Positions 1 to 9,942 of a stretch of 64,000 bases of DNA are shown here, in pieces. Every line of letters starts with the position of its first letter. Position 1 is the first letter of the stretch. The notes under the pieces were generated by a model, which searched no databases, was not told where the DNA came from, and worked only from the letters and a program-made list of their open reading frames with translations. Source of the stretch: Bacillota bacterium (GTDB lineage: Bacteria > Bacillota > Clostridia > Acetivibrionales > DTU013); the NCBI GenBank assembly GCA_023411715.1, contig JAEYOM010000201.1, positions 3,370 through 67,369 of the forward strand, read 5' to 3'. Both the position numbers and the translations under genes were made by a program.

Positions 1-1633
1 CGTTATATTTCCTTGACCCGCCGGACTTTAGGCTTTTAGGGCGTTCCCTATCCACGGCTTCCAGAGAGGAGTATGTCAACTCTGGACGCCTAAGCAGCTC
101 GGCCAGACTAATGCCCGCTTTTATCAGAGTGCTGTCCATCGATACAAGAAATGTGTTGACTTCTTCAGAGGGCGGCAGATAAGTGTTTTTCAGCCTCTCG
201 ACTTCTTCTTCTATCATGGCCTTCTTTTCATTGAATCTGTCGTATCTCTCCCGGCTTATCAGGCCGACTTCGTAACCCTTCGGCGTAAGCCTGAGATCTG
301 CATTATCCTGCCTCAGCAGGAGCCTGTACTCCGAACGCGAAGTCATGATCCTGTATGGTTCGGCAGTCCCTTTTGTTACGAGGTCGTCTATCAGGACCCC
401 TATGTATGCATCCGACCTGTCCAGTATCAGCGGAGGTTTGCCTTTCAGCTTCTGAGCCGCGTTTATCCCGGCGATGACTCCCTGGGCAGCGGCCTCTTCA
501 TAACCTGAACTGCCGTTGATCTGTCCGGCTGAAAACAGTCCGTCCACATTCTTGAACTCCAGACTGAGTTTAAGCTGGGTCGGGTCAATGCAGTCGTATT
601 CGATAGCATAGGCGCTTCTTTGAACATGGGCATTTTCCAGGCCCGGCAGCGTTTTGATCATTTCGAGCTGCACATCCTCGGGCATACTGCTCGACATGCC
701 CTGGAGGTACATTTCCTGCGTACCGAGCCCCATAGGCTCAACAAACACCTGATGCTGCTCCTTATCTGCAAAGCGTACTACCTTGTCCTCTATAGACGGA
801 CAATATCTTGGGCCGACCCCTTCGATCATACCTCCGAAAAGCGGTGATCTATGCAGGTTCGCACGAATTATATCATGCGTGTTTTTATTGGTATAGGTAA
901 GCCAGCAGGAAACCTGCTCACGCTCGATCCCTTCATTTTCAAACGAAAACGGTATGATTACCTCATCACCGGGCTGTTCTGACATCTTTGATAAATCCAG
1001 TGTTTTTCTATTCAGCCGCGCCGGAGTACCGGTTTTGAACCGCATCAATTCGATGCCCTTTACCCTCAGGCTGTCCGACAGCCTGTTGGAGGGGAACAAT
1101 CCATCCGGCCCGCCGCTGTAGCTTACATCCCCGATGATTATCTTTCCTTGTAAATATGTGCCGGTAGTCAGGATAGCAGCCCGGCAGCGGTATATCGCTC
1201 CGGTATGCGTCTTTACGCCTGTTACACAGTTCGACTCATCTGTAAGAAGCTCTACGATCTCGCCTTGTTTTATGTAAAGGTTCGCCTGATTTTCAAGCGT
1301 ATTTTTCATTTCCATCTGGTAACGCCTGCGGTCGACTTGAGCCCTAAGAGAATAAACGGCCGGCCCTTTGGCCGAATTGAGTATCTTGCACTGTATAAGC
1401 GTCTTGTCCGTGCATTTGCCCATCTCTCCTCCGAGCGCATCCAGCTCCCTCACCAGATGGCCCTTCCCGGTGCCGCCGACACTTGGGTTGCACGGCATAT
1501 TAGCAATACTGTCGAGATTTATCGCGAAAACGATAGTATTCATCCCGAGCCTGGCGGCCGCCAATGCCGCTTCGCAGCCTGCATGTCCCGCCCCGACCAC
1601 CGCTATGTCAAATTCTCCCGCTAAGTAGTCCAT
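1..1633 (-). CDS. mnmG: tRNA uridine 5-carboxymethylaminomethyl modification enzyme MnmG (GidA), 3' end beyond window start
   Basis: The reverse strand from the ATG (complement of 1631-1633, RBS GGAGGAAAC) reads [31 protein letters not shown], an FAD-binding GxGxxG N-terminus. The frame is still open at position 1 (...[26 protein letters not shown]...). It is absent from the ORF track because it runs off the window. Confidence 0.93.
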   Translation of the reverse strand, partial: MDYLAGEFDIAVVGAGHAGCEAALAAARLGMNTIVFAINLDSIANMPCNPSVGGTGKGHLVRELDALGGEMGKCTDKTLIQCKILNSAKGPAVYSLRAQVDRRRYQMEMKNTLENQANLYIKQGEIVELLTDESNCVTGVKTHTGAIYRCRAAILTTGTYLQGKIIIGDVSYSGGPDGLFPSNRLSDSLRVKGIELMRFKTGTPARLNRKTLDLSKMSEQPGDEVIIPFSFENEGIEREQVSCWLTYTNKNTHDIIRANLHRSPLFGGMIEGVGPRYCPSIEDKVVRFADKEQHQVFVEPMGLGTQEMYLQGMSSSMPEDVQLEMIKTLPGLENAHVQRSAYAIEYDCIDPTQLKLSLEFKNVDGLFSAGQINGSSGYEEAAAQGVIAGINAAQKLKGKPPLILDRSDAYIGVLIDDLVTKGTAEPYRIMTSRSEYRLLLRQDNADLRLTPKGYEVGLISRERYDRFNEKKAMIEEEVERLKNTYLPPSEEVNTFLVSMDSTLIKAGISLAELLRRPELTYSSLEAVDRERPKSLKSGGSRKYN

Positions 1634-1692
1634 GTTTCCTCCTTTGGATGTTTTAGAGAAAATCCGCGCCATTGGCGCTAAACATCCTCCAA

Positions 1693-3132
1693 TCACTTAC
1701 CGATGCAGAATCGTGAAAATATTTCGTGCAAAACATCTTCACTTACGGATTCGCCTGTTATTTGCCCGAGGGCGTCCGCACATTCCTTTATATCTATGGT
1801 CACGAAATCGAGCGGCAGTCCGCCCGTATGCGCGCTTTCCGCCGCGTCAAGGCATTCTATTGCACTGTCAAGAAGCTGCTTGTGACGTACATTTGTGACC
1901 AGCACCTCACTATTCGGATCGATGCCTCCCTTAAGGAACAATTCGCCGATAGCATCAAACAGTTCATCGATACCGGTCCCGTCGAGCATCGAAGCAACAA
2001 TGACCGGAGTCTCCCCGGAAGTCCCGAGCTCTCGTTTCATTTCCTCTATCCTGCTGTCGGCGGATATATCTACCTTGTTGAATATTATAATCCTTTTCTT
2101 CACCCCGACCGAACGGATTATATCCTGATCCTCCGGTAATATTCCGGTCTGGGCATCCAGTACGACTATGACAAGATCTGCATTGACCGCTGCATTTTTA
2201 GCCCTTTCCACGCCGATCGACTCGACCGGATCCGAAGTGCTGCGGATGCCCGCCGTATCGAGGAGCCGAACAGGGATCCCTTTTATATTTATGTATTCCT
2301 CTATGATATCCCTGGTCGTTCCGGGCACGTCGGTAACAATAGCGCGGTCACCACCCGAAAGGGCATTCATCAGCGATGATTTACCGGCATTAGGTTTGCC
2401 TACTATGGCCGCTGTCAGGCCTTCCCTTATAAGCCTTCCCCTGTCATAGCCCGCGACTATTCCGGCAAGCTCACTTTTGACCGTTTTTACTTCTTCGTTT
2501 ATTTTCTCTGCCGTCAGCTCTTCTATATCATACTCCGGGTATTCCAGCACTGCTTCGATATGAGCTATAAGCGCTATAAGCTTTTTCCTCGCGCTCGTGA
2601 TCCTTGCGGATAGCCTTCCTTGAAGCTGGTCTGCGGCCGCCCTCGAACCTTCGTCAGTCTTTGAATTGATAAGATCGATAACGGCTTCCGCCTGCGCCAA
2701 ATCCATCTTTCCGTTAATGAAAGCCCGCTTGGTGAATTCACCGGGTCCGGCAGCCCGCGCACCCTGACGCAACGCCAGGGACAGCACGTTTTTCAATATG
2801 ATAATGCCGCCATGACAGCTGATCTCAACAATATCTTCTGCGGTAAATGTATTTGGCGCTTCCATTTTTATCAGCAGAACATCATCCAATAACCGCCCGT
2901 TTGCAGGATCGATGATTTTTCCATGCGTCACGGTATGGGTGCCTATCTCTGTGAATTGCCTTTTGCTTCTGAAAATACGCACAGCGATATCGAACGCGCC
3001 CGGTCCGCTCATCCTGACGATCCCTATCCCTCCGGTTCCGAAGGGAGTGGATATCGCGGCTATCGTATCATTGTCGGATATATCGTTATGTCTTATATCA
3101 CTGCAGCCTGTATAACTGCTGACATCCTGCAT
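1693..3132 (-). CDS. mnmE: tRNA modification GTPase MnmE (TrmE)
   Basis: 479 aa. It has the N-terminal [22 protein letters not shown] motif, the G1 motif [16 protein letters not shown], and the C-terminal CIGK. An AAAGAGG RBS lies upstream. Confidence 0.95.
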   Translation of the reverse strand: MQDVSSYTGCSDIRHNDISDNDTIAAISTPFGTGGIGIVRMSGPGAFDIAVRIFRSKRQFTEIGTHTVTHGKIIDPANGRLLDDVLLIKMEAPNTFTAEDIVEISCHGGIIILKNVLSLALRQGARAAGPGEFTKRAFINGKMDLAQAEAVIDLINSKTDEGSRAAADQLQGRLSARITSARKKLIALIAHIEAVLEYPEYDIEELTAEKINEEVKTVKSELAGIVAGYDRGRLIREGLTAAIVGKPNAGKSSLMNALSGGDRAIVTDVPGTTRDIIEEYINIKGIPVRLLDTAGIRSTSDPVESIGVERAKNAAVNADLVIVVLDAQTGILPEDQDIIRSVGVKKRIIIFNKVDISADSRIEEMKRELGTSGETPVIVASMLDGTGIDELFDAIGELFLKGGIDPNSEVLVTNVRHKQLLDSAIECLDAAESAHTGGLPLDFVTIDIKECADALGQITGESVSEDVLHEIFSRFCIGK

Positions 3133-3317
3133 GGTACGCCTCTTTCCGTGTTTTTAAGTATCTGAAATCTTTGTTCCAATATTTTGTTATATCATATATT
3201 TGCGTTGGTTCTCAACTACTGTTTTGTAACACTTCATTTTTTATTTACATCCGAAGTGTTATAAAGACACTTCTTGATTATCTGGTCTGAATAGCGTTTC
3301 AGACCACCGGCTACAAT

Positions 3318-3346
3318 TTAAAAGAGGACAATTTTAAATTGTCCTC
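3318..3346 (-). terminator. Rho-independent terminator downstream of jag
   Basis: Stem GAGGACAATT (3324-3333) pairs with AATTGTCCTC (3337-3346). On the minus-strand RNA it is followed by a U-run (A-run 3320-3323 on the plus strand). Confidence 0.55.
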
Positions 3347-3438
3347 AGCGGTTTTGTTTTATTCTGAATTATACTCCGGCCTTATGCGACACTATACTGT
3401 ATTTTTCCCGTTCTAGCACTGTCCCCTTACGGTTCGGC

Positions 3439-4080
3439 TTACTGCCTTTTGGAGCCCGCGCCCTGCTTCAGCGTAATTACTACCTTCCGGTTCGGCTCTT
3501 CGCCTACGCTGTATGTTTCAACGTAATTGTTGTTCTGCAGGGTCGAATGGATGATCCTTCTTTCATATGGGTTCATCGGCTCGAGAGTAACGTTCCTGCG
3601 ATATCTGATGACTCTGTCCGCAAGCCTGTCTGCCAGCTTCACGAGGGTTTCCTCTCTCTTTTGCCTGTAGTTTTCGATATCTATGGTCACTCTCTTGTAC
3701 GTATCGTTTTTTTTATTTACCACCAGGCTCGTAAGATACTGCAAGGCGTCAAGCGTTTCTCCGCGCCTGCCTATGATGATCCCGCTGTCCTTGCCCGTTA
3801 CCTTTAGAAGGATCGATTCATCATCCTCTGTTTTATCGATATCGACTGTAACGTGCATCTTATCAAAGACGCTGCTTAAAAATTCCACGCCGTCCTCACG
3901 GCCTGAACCCTTGAGCCTTACCTGCACACGGGCGTTCTTTCCGCCTATTCCGAACAAGCCCTTGGCGCCTTCTTCTATTACATTTATTTCAACATCCTCG
4001 CGTTGTGCGCCTAGCTCTTCCAATGCCATATTTATAGCTTCCTGCACCGTTTTAGCGGTCTTTTCGACGATCTCTCCCAT
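3439..4080 (-). CDS. jag: Jag/KhpB RNA-binding protein (Jag_N, KH, R3H domains)
   Basis: 213 aa. It carries a C-terminal R3H motif (ERRIIHSTLQ) and sits in the conserved position between yidC and mnmE. Confidence 0.9.
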   Translation of the reverse strand: MGEIVEKTAKTVQEAINMALEELGAQREDVEINVIEEGAKGLFGIGGKNARVQVRLKGSGREDGVEFLSSVFDKMHVTVDIDKTEDDESILLKVTGKDSGIIIGRRGETLDALQYLTSLVVNKKNDTYKRVTIDIENYRQKREETLVKLADRLADRVIRYRRNVTLEPMNPYERRIIHSTLQNNNYVETYSVGEEPNRKVVITLKQGAGSKRQ

Positions 4081-4133
4081 CTATATAGTCAGCCTCCTTT
4101 AGCCTCTATGATTTCATGAGTCAATGAACCAAA

Positions 4134-5306
4134 CTATTTCTTCTTGCCGCCCTTTTTATTCTTTCCGCTGTATTTATTGTTACTACTGGCGGTACCGGAT
4201 TTATTCCCTGTTTTTTTAACTCCGCTGTTCTGTTTCCCGCCGCCTGAACCTTTTACAGCGTTTCCGGAATTATCGCCCGGTTCCGCTCCTTCAGTCGTTG
4301 TATCGGCAGTGCCGTTCTCTGCTGCGCCGTCAGTTATCTGCTGAGCTTTTACTGCACCGTCCTCAATAGCGGCAGAGCCGCCGTTAGCTTTCTTTTTGCC
4401 TTCAATTGCGGCCTGCTCGGGTTTTTGATTCTTCTTCAATATGTGCTTATTCACGTAAAGCTGCTGTAGTATTGCCACCACGTAACCCGCCATCCAATAA
4501 AGGATAATACCGGCGGGAAGCGTAAACGAGAACATCAGCGTCATAATAGGTCCCATCAACAGCATGGAGTTGTTGGTACAACCCGCTGCATTGCTCTGCG
4601 TATTGGCGGTGTTCGTGCTTGGCATTGCAAGTTTACTTGAAATATAAGTCGTAACTGTTGCAATTATTACCAGGATAAACAGCGGTATATAAATACCCGC
4701 CTGAGGACCAAACAATTTGGCAGGCTCATATGTTGCCGTTTCACCGAGATGCAATCCAAGAAAACTATTGAAGTTGATAAGTTCCGATTTATTAAGGTAC
4801 TGCGAGACCTGTGACAGTTTATCGGGAAAATCACTGAAATAATTCAATGCCAGAAGTTCCTTCTGAGTCCCCATCTGCTGTATGGTCTTCCCAAGTCCTG
4901 AAGCCGCAACTTCCACTATTTTGTTGATTGCGGTCGCATCCTTGCCCATCATGAATTTCAACGGCTGTATGATTACCCAGTACAGAGACATAATGATCGG
5001 TAGCTGGAAAAGCATTGGAAGACAGCCGCTCGCAGGATTGTAGTTGTTTTCCTGGTAGAGCTTCATCATTTCCTGATTGAGCTTTTCTTTGTCATCCTTG
5101 TATCTCTTTTGTATTTCATTCAGCTGGGGCTGCAGCTTCTGCATCTTGGCGGTCGACTTGTATTGCTTGAAAGTAAGAGGCATCAGTGCGAGCCTTACAA
5201 TAATAGTAAAAATGATGATCGCCAGTCCATAATTATGGAATGCGATATTATATATGAATAAAAGAAACTTCCCGAGTGGGCCCGCAATAAAATCCCAGTT
5301 CAACAT
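4134..5306 (-). CDS. yidC: Membrane protein insertase YidC/OxaA with a long low-complexity C-terminal tail
   Basis: 390 aa. The core is typical of Firmicute YidC (IIIFTIIVRLALMPLTFKQYKS ... GCLPMLFQLPI). The last ~110 aa are G/K/N/S/A-rich and end in KNKKGGKKK. Confidence 0.92.
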   Translation of the reverse strand: MLNWDFIAGPLGKFLLFIYNIAFHNYGLAIIIFTIIVRLALMPLTFKQYKSTAKMQKLQPQLNEIQKRYKDDKEKLNQEMMKLYQENNYNPASGCLPMLFQLPIIMSLYWVIIQPLKFMMGKDATAINKIVEVAASGLGKTIQQMGTQKELLALNYFSDFPDKLSQVSQYLNKSELINFNSFLGLHLGETATYEPAKLFGPQAGIYIPLFILVIIATVTTYISSKLAMPSTNTANTQSNAAGCTNNSMLLMGPIMTLMFSFTLPAGIILYWMAGYVVAILQQLYVNKHILKKNQKPEQAAIEGKKKANGGSAAIEDGAVKAQQITDGAAENGTADTTTEGAEPGDNSGNAVKGSGGGKQNSGVKKTGNKSGTASSNNKYSGKNKKGGKKK

Positions 5307-5444
5307 AATTCTTTTCCCTTCTGTTAATATAAGGATCGGCTAAAATACTAGTTCCGATACTTTTACGGGGAATGGAGCGGCTAGTGTAGTTCCCCGTAAA
5401 GCTTATCGGAAGTTGTATTTTAACGATTCCTAAGCTTAAATGCC

Positions 5445-5666
5445 CTATTTAACCGGATCATATCCTCCCGGATGAAACGGATGGCATTTTGACAGTCTCT
5501 TTAGCGCCAGCCAACTGCCCTTGAAAATTCCATACTTCGTAAGAGCATCGATGGCATATTGTGAGCAGGTCGGATAAAACCTGCAAGTTTTTCTTCCTTT
5601 GAGCGGGGATAAATATTTCTGATATATACGTATCAAGCCGATCATGAGTTTTTTAATGCATCCCAT
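5445..5666 (-). CDS. yidD: Membrane protein insertion efficiency factor YidD
   Basis: 73 aa with the [11 protein letters not shown] and HPGGYDPV motifs. Confidence 0.9.
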   Translation of the reverse strand: MGCIKKLMIGLIRIYQKYLSPLKGRKTCRFYPTCSQYAIDALTKYGIFKGSWLALKRLSKCHPFHPGGYDPVK

Positions 5667-6007
5667 TTTCCCTGGTCGAAGGCCTTGACTTTCTTCAAAA
5701 GAAACTTCATTTCCTTTTTCACTTCCGCAAGGCCATATTCTGTATCTACACCTCTTGCAACAAATACGACATCCAGATCCGGGAGTACAAAATCTTCATA
5801 GAACCTGTAGCTTTCCCGGATCAATCTTTTCGCCCTGTTCCGCCTTACGCTCTTGCCAACCTTTTTGTTGGCTGTGATACCAAGTCTGTTGATACCGTAA
5901 CGATTTCTGAGCACATAAATCACGATGTACTTGCCCGGAAAAAATGCGCCCTTCTTATATATACGAACAAATTCGTAGTTTTTCTTCAACGGTACCGTCT
6001 TTTTCAT
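5642..6007 (-). CDS. rnpA: Ribonuclease P protein component
   Basis: 121 aa. It has the RNR motif region ([12 protein letters not shown]) and the conserved rpmH-rnpA-yidD-yidC order. Confidence 0.92.
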   Translation of the reverse strand: MKKTVPLKKNYEFVRIYKKGAFFPGKYIVIYVLRNRYGINRLGITANKKVGKSVRRNRAKRLIRESYRFYEDFVLPDLDVVFVARGVDTEYGLAEVKKEMKFLLKKVKAFDQGKWDALKNS

Positions 6008-6035
6008 TTAATCCTCATTGCAAACTAAAATTAAA

Positions 6036-6061
6036 GAAAAAGACCACACTTTATGCGGTCT
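6036..6061 (-). terminator. Hairpin plus U-tract between rpmH and rnpA (partial terminator/attenuator)
   Basis: The minus-strand RNA reads AGACCGC-AUAAAGU-GUGGUCU followed by UUUUUC, with one G-U pair in the stem. It abuts the rpmH stop codon. Confidence 0.4.
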
Positions 6062-6195
6062 TACGCTGAAAGCTCTTTCCTGCCCTTTAGTCTGCGTCTT
6101 CTCAGTACTTTCCTGCCGTTTGCAGTACTCATCCTTTTTCTGAAGCCATGTTCCTTAGATCTCTGCCTTTTCTTAGGCTGATATGTCCTTAACAC
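6061..6195 (-). CDS. rpmH: 50S ribosomal protein L34
   Basis: This ORF is below the ORF-track length cutoff. From a GTG start the reverse strand translates as (M)[43 protein letters not shown] (44 aa), a clear L34 sequence. Confidence 0.9.
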   Translation of the reverse strand: MLRTYQPKKRQRSKEHGFRKRMSTANGRKVLRRRRLKGRKELSA

Positions 6196-6429
6196 AGTTA
6201 ACACCCCCGTTCCTTGCTGAAGAAAAGCACCCGTGCGTTTTCCTTATTAAAGTATTTGCTCATATTCCGCTTTTATAACATAATTTTGCATGAACCCTTT
6301 TGTAGGGACAGCACACCAATTATATTAAAAAGTTTAATCTGTGTCAAGAAACTATTTCACTTTTCGATTATAATAAAGTAGTAAAATTTTCTAGCCTGTT
6401 TTTCATTCACAAAATATCTTGCGCTTGCC

Positions 6430-6438
6430 TGTGGATAA
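6430..6438 (-). promoter_or_regulatory. DnaA box (perfect TTATCCACA on the minus strand)
   Basis: The plus strand reads TGTGGATAA. Confidence 0.85.
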
Positions 6439-6459
6439 TTGAAGATTTTTTGTCCTAAT

Positions 6460-6468
6460 TGTGGATAA
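6460..6468 (-). promoter_or_regulatory. DnaA box (perfect TTATCCACA on the minus strand)
   Basis: The plus strand reads TGTGGATAA. Confidence 0.85.
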
Positions 6469-6740
6469 GTAGTCCTTTTGTCAATTGAATATTTCTTGTA
6501 AGTCTGATATATTTATTAATGCTTGCAGACATTATGCAAAGACAAAAGGCAAGTGCTAAATAGATTCTATCAATTACATAATTTGCTTATGCAATTTATG
6601 TAATTTTTTTCAGGATGCACTGTGGTCTGTAACAGCTGGAAATTTGGGTAAGCAGACAACAACGGCAAGGAAGTGCTACAAAACACCTGCATCCTTCTTA
6701 AGCTAATGAAAGGTTAAACTAATATTTTGGAGGAAGCACC

Positions 6741-8075
6741 ATGAATAATCCGATATCCGGTTTGTGGCCCAGGGTCCTGGACCTGTTGAAAAACGAATTG
6801 ACAGAAATCAGCTACAATACCTGGATTAGAACGATCGAACCTATTTCTGCCAACTCAAACACTATAGAGCTTGGAGTACCGACAGACTTCAACAAAGGCA
6901 TACTGGAATCGCGATACATAACTCTCATTGCAAATGCGGTCAGGCAGGTGACATCTAAGGATTATTCCATTGTTGTTTCAGTGCCGACCCAGGAAGCTTC
7001 GGGCAAACGTGCTGAAACAGCTGAAAAAGCGAATAACGACGACACATACAATTCTATACTTAACCCAAAATATACTTTCGATACTTTCGTCATAGGAAAT
7101 GGAAACAGGCTGGCCCATGCCGCCTCGGTCGCAGTTGCGGAAGCGCCTGCGAAAGCCTACAACCCATTATTCCTCTATGGAGGTGTCGGTCTCGGAAAGA
7201 CCCATCTGATGCATGCAATTGGACATTACATACTGAGCCAGAATCCCACTTCCAAGGTTCTCTACGTTTCATCCGAGAAATTTACGAACGAACTGATCAA
7301 TGCTATAAAGGACGACCGTAATGAGGAGTTCCGCAGCAAATACAGGAATATAGACATACTTCTGATAGATGATATACAGTTCATCGGCGGAAAGGAAAGG
7401 ACCCAGGAGGAATTTTTCCATACCTTCAACGCTCTTTATGAGGCTGACAAGCAGATAATAATCTCAAGCGACCGTCCTCCCAGGGAGATTCCAACCTTGG
7501 AAGACAGGTTGCGCTCAAGGTTCGAGTGGGGCCTGGCCGCAGATATCCAGTCACCCGATTTGGAGACAAGGATAGCCATACTTAAGAAAAAAGCTCAGAT
7601 GGAAAACCTTTTCATTCCCGATGATGTGCTTATATTCATAGCGGACAAGGTCATTTCAAACATACGTGAACTTGAGGGCGCGTTGAACCGGGTCATAGCA
7701 TACTCATCGCTGACTGAGACCGAAGTATCTGTGAATCTATGTGCAGAGGCTCTTAAGGAGCTGCTTTCGGTATCGAATACAAAGGTTATCGACGCGACCC
7801 ATATAATAGAATCTGTATCGCGGTATTTCGATCTGCGCCCGGAAGAATTCATTTCGCAGAAGAGAAACCGCAATATATCATTTCCCAGGCAGATAGCCAT
7901 GTTCCTGTGCAGAGACATAATGGGCATTTCTCTTCCTAAAATAGGTGAGGAGTTCGGCGGCAGAGACCATACTACAGTTATCCATGCCATCCAGAAGATC
8001 GAGGAAGATATGCAGAACAATACCGAGACCAGGCGCACTGTGGACGAACTCAAACGGAACATAACAGGAAAGTGA
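6741..8075 (+). CDS. dnaA: Chromosomal replication initiator protein DnaA
   Basis: 444 aa. It has the AAA+ Walker A motif [10 protein letters not shown] and a C-terminal DNA-binding domain ([11 protein letters not shown]). A GGAGGAAG RBS precedes it. Confidence 0.97.
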   Translation: MNNPISGLWPRVLDLLKNELTEISYNTWIRTIEPISANSNTIELGVPTDFNKGILESRYITLIANAVRQVTSKDYSIVVSVPTQEASGKRAETAEKANNDDTYNSILNPKYTFDTFVIGNGNRLAHAASVAVAEAPAKAYNPLFLYGGVGLGKTHLMHAIGHYILSQNPTSKVLYVSSEKFTNELINAIKDDRNEEFRSKYRNIDILLIDDIQFIGGKERTQEEFFHTFNALYEADKQIIISSDRPPREIPTLEDRLRSRFEWGLAADIQSPDLETRIAILKKKAQMENLFIPDDVLIFIADKVISNIRELEGALNRVIAYSSLTETEVSVNLCAEALKELLSVSNTKVIDATHIIESVSRYFDLRPEEFISQKRNRNISFPRQIAMFLCRDIMGISLPKIGEEFGGRDHTTVIHAIQKIEEDMQNNTETRRTVDELKRNITGK

Positions 8076-8314
8076 TTATTTACTTTCCACAGCTTTTGTT
8101 GATATGAGGATAAATCCCTTGTGGATTGAGTGTAGATATTTAGTGAAAGTTTTATAAAGCTTCGAGAAATCAGAAAAATATCAACACAGGAATCAACACC
8201 CAAATTGCTGGATAATAGAGCGTTACAGGAGTTATACACGGAATCAACAACACTTACTGCTATTACTGGTTTTGTTTATATTATATTTAAATAAAAGAGA
8301 CGGAGGTACATACC
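8076..8314. other. oriC, dnaA-dnaN part (degenerate DnaA boxes plus AT-rich putative unwinding element)
   Basis: Near-consensus boxes are TTTCCACA (8084-8091), TGTGGATT (8120-8127) and TTATACACG (8232-8240). GGAATCAACA is directly repeated at 8189-8198 and 8240-8249. An AT-rich run lies at 8268-8297, just upstream of dnaN. Confidence 0.55.
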
Positions 8315-9412
8315 ATGAAGATAATATGCTCGAAGGAAAACCTTCTTGAAGGGATCACCGTAGTACAGAAGGCGGTCTCGACAAAAACAACCCTTCCAAT
8401 ACTTGAAGGTATCCTGCTTGAAGCTGATGAAAAACTGAAGATGACCGGAAACGACCTCGAAATAGGGATAGAATGCTACGTGGAGGCTGACGTCAGGAGA
8501 ACAGGATCCATAGTATTGAGCTCGAGGATGTTCGGAGATATCATAAGGAGACTCCCGGAATCCGAAGTAATGATTGAAGTCAAGGAAAACAATGCGGTTT
8601 CAATTGAATGTGAAAATTCATTATTCGAAATAAAGGGAATAGCTCCTGAGGGTTTCCCTGCAATACCTTCCGTCAATAAGGAAAATGGAGTAAGGATGAG
8701 CCAGAGAATAATAAAGGATATGATAAAGCAAACGATCTTTGCCGTAAGTACCGACGAGAACAGACCTATTCTTACAGGTTCGCTTTTCGAGTATAAAGCC
8801 GGAAAGTTCACTATAGTATCGATCGATGGTTACAGGCTGGCGCTGCGCATGATGTCTACGGAAAATGAGACCGGAGACAGGAACCTGGTGATCCCGGGCA
8901 AAACTCTCAATGAGATATCAAAGATAATACAGGCTGTAGATGATGACCTTTATATATACACTACGGATAATCAGATACTTTTTGATATGGGAAACTGCAT
9001 ACTGGTTTCAAGACTTCTGGAAGGAGAGTATTTGAACTATAACGGTATAATTCCTAAAGAGCACGAAACTAAAGTAACTGTAAATACAAAGGAGCTTCTG
9101 GCTTGTTTTGAAAGAGCATCCCTTGTTATTACCAACGACGAGAGAAGATATCCTGTGCGCCTGAATATATCGGATGACAAGATAGTGATAACGTCAAATA
9201 CAGAAGTCGGAAATGTCCGTGAAGAAATCAGGACGGAAATGGAAGGCCTTGAACTGGAGATATCGTTCAACCCGAGATATTTTGTTGAGGCATTGAGAGT
9301 AATCGAAAACGAAATGGTCAATATTTATTTTACGACTAGTATTGGACCATGCACTATAAAACCCTTACAGGGTGAAGAATTTGCGTATCTGGTACTTCCG
9401 ATAAGAAAATAG
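8315..9412 (+). CDS. dnaN: DNA polymerase III subunit beta (sliding clamp)
   Basis: 365 aa with a typical DnaN N-terminus (MKIICSKENLLEGITVVQKAVSTKTTLPILEGILLEA) and the conserved position after dnaA. Confidence 0.96.
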   Translation: MKIICSKENLLEGITVVQKAVSTKTTLPILEGILLEADEKLKMTGNDLEIGIECYVEADVRRTGSIVLSSRMFGDIIRRLPESEVMIEVKENNAVSIECENSLFEIKGIAPEGFPAIPSVNKENGVRMSQRIIKDMIKQTIFAVSTDENRPILTGSLFEYKAGKFTIVSIDGYRLALRMMSTENETGDRNLVIPGKTLNEISKIIQAVDDDLYIYTTDNQILFDMGNCILVSRLLEGEYLNYNGIIPKEHETKVTVNTKELLACFERASLVITNDERRYPVRLNISDDKIVITSNTEVGNVREEIRTEMEGLELEISFNPRYFVEALRVIENEMVNIYFTTSIGPCTIKPLQGEEFAYLVLPIRK

Positions 9413-9429
9413 GAAAGCAGGTAGTATCG

Positions 9430-9657
9430 ATGCAGAAAATCAAAATAAACACAGAATTTATCAAGCTTGAGCAAATGATGAAGTTCTCAGGCATCGTAGG
9501 CAGCGGATCAGACGCGAAGGTTCTGATAGGTAACGGAGAAGTCAAGGTGAACGGCAATACGGAGCTGCAGCGAGGGAAAAAATTACGCGCCGGCGATGTG
9601 GTAGAATTTGAGGGACAAAGCTATATTATTGATTTTGCTGCAACAAGTCGATCTTAA
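9430..9657 (+). CDS. yaaA: S4-domain RNA-binding protein YaaA
   Basis: 75 aa with an S4-like fold signature (KLEQMMKFSGIVGSGSDAKVLIGNGEVKVNG). It sits in the conserved dnaN-yaaA-recF position. Confidence 0.85.
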   Translation: MQKIKINTEFIKLEQMMKFSGIVGSGSDAKVLIGNGEVKVNGNTELQRGKKLRAGDVVEFEGQSYIIDFAATSRS

Positions 9658-9799
9658 ACACGAAACGACTTGTTGCATGCAGCCGATGGCATATTAGGCT
9701 GCATAGGCTGAAGCATAAAAGCGTCCCAATATGCTTCAGCCTGCAAAATCAATGGATTGCACAAAAGCATTTCAGTATAGGGAGCCTATTCTGAAATGC
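9640..9799 (+). other. Cluster of four consecutive stem-loops in the yaaA-recF spacer
   Basis: H1 is GCAACAAGTCG/CGACTTGTTGC (9640-9676). H2 is GCAGCC/GGCTGC (9679-9702). H3 is GGCTGAAGCATA/TATGCTTCAGCC (9706-9741). H4 is GCATTTCAG/CTGAAATGC (9767-9799). No canonical U-tract follows any of them. Confidence 0.5.
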
Positions 9800-9942
9800 T
9801 CCCTGCGATCTCAGGTTCCATGGCTTGCAGGGGAAAGTCGACTATAAGCTGGAAAACGACTTTATTGCAGTGCAATCATATTATTGAATAGAGACAGTAA
9901 ATCAATAATTTTAAGGCGTTACAGCTGCCGGAGGAAAGATCT

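Larger units (their letters stand above)
6196..6740. other. oriC, rpmH-dnaA part (DnaA-box cluster and dnaA promoter region)
   Basis: A 545-bp AT-rich non-coding gap upstream of dnaA. It holds two perfect DnaA boxes (TGTGGATAA) in direct orientation 30 bp apart, plus a degenerate box TCATTCACA (6404-6412). Confidence 0.8.

Noticed and set aside
620-1898. Several plus-strand ORFs (75-139 aa) in the first 1.9 kb
   Set aside because: They lie antisense to the clearly recognisable mnmG and mnmE coding frames. They have no RBS and no recognisable motifs.
7595-8239. A 214-aa minus-strand ORF overlapping the 3' end of dnaA and the dnaA-dnaN spacer
   Set aside because: It is antisense to dnaA and runs through the DnaA-box region. 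Its low-complexity Ser-rich sequence marks it as a shadow ORF.
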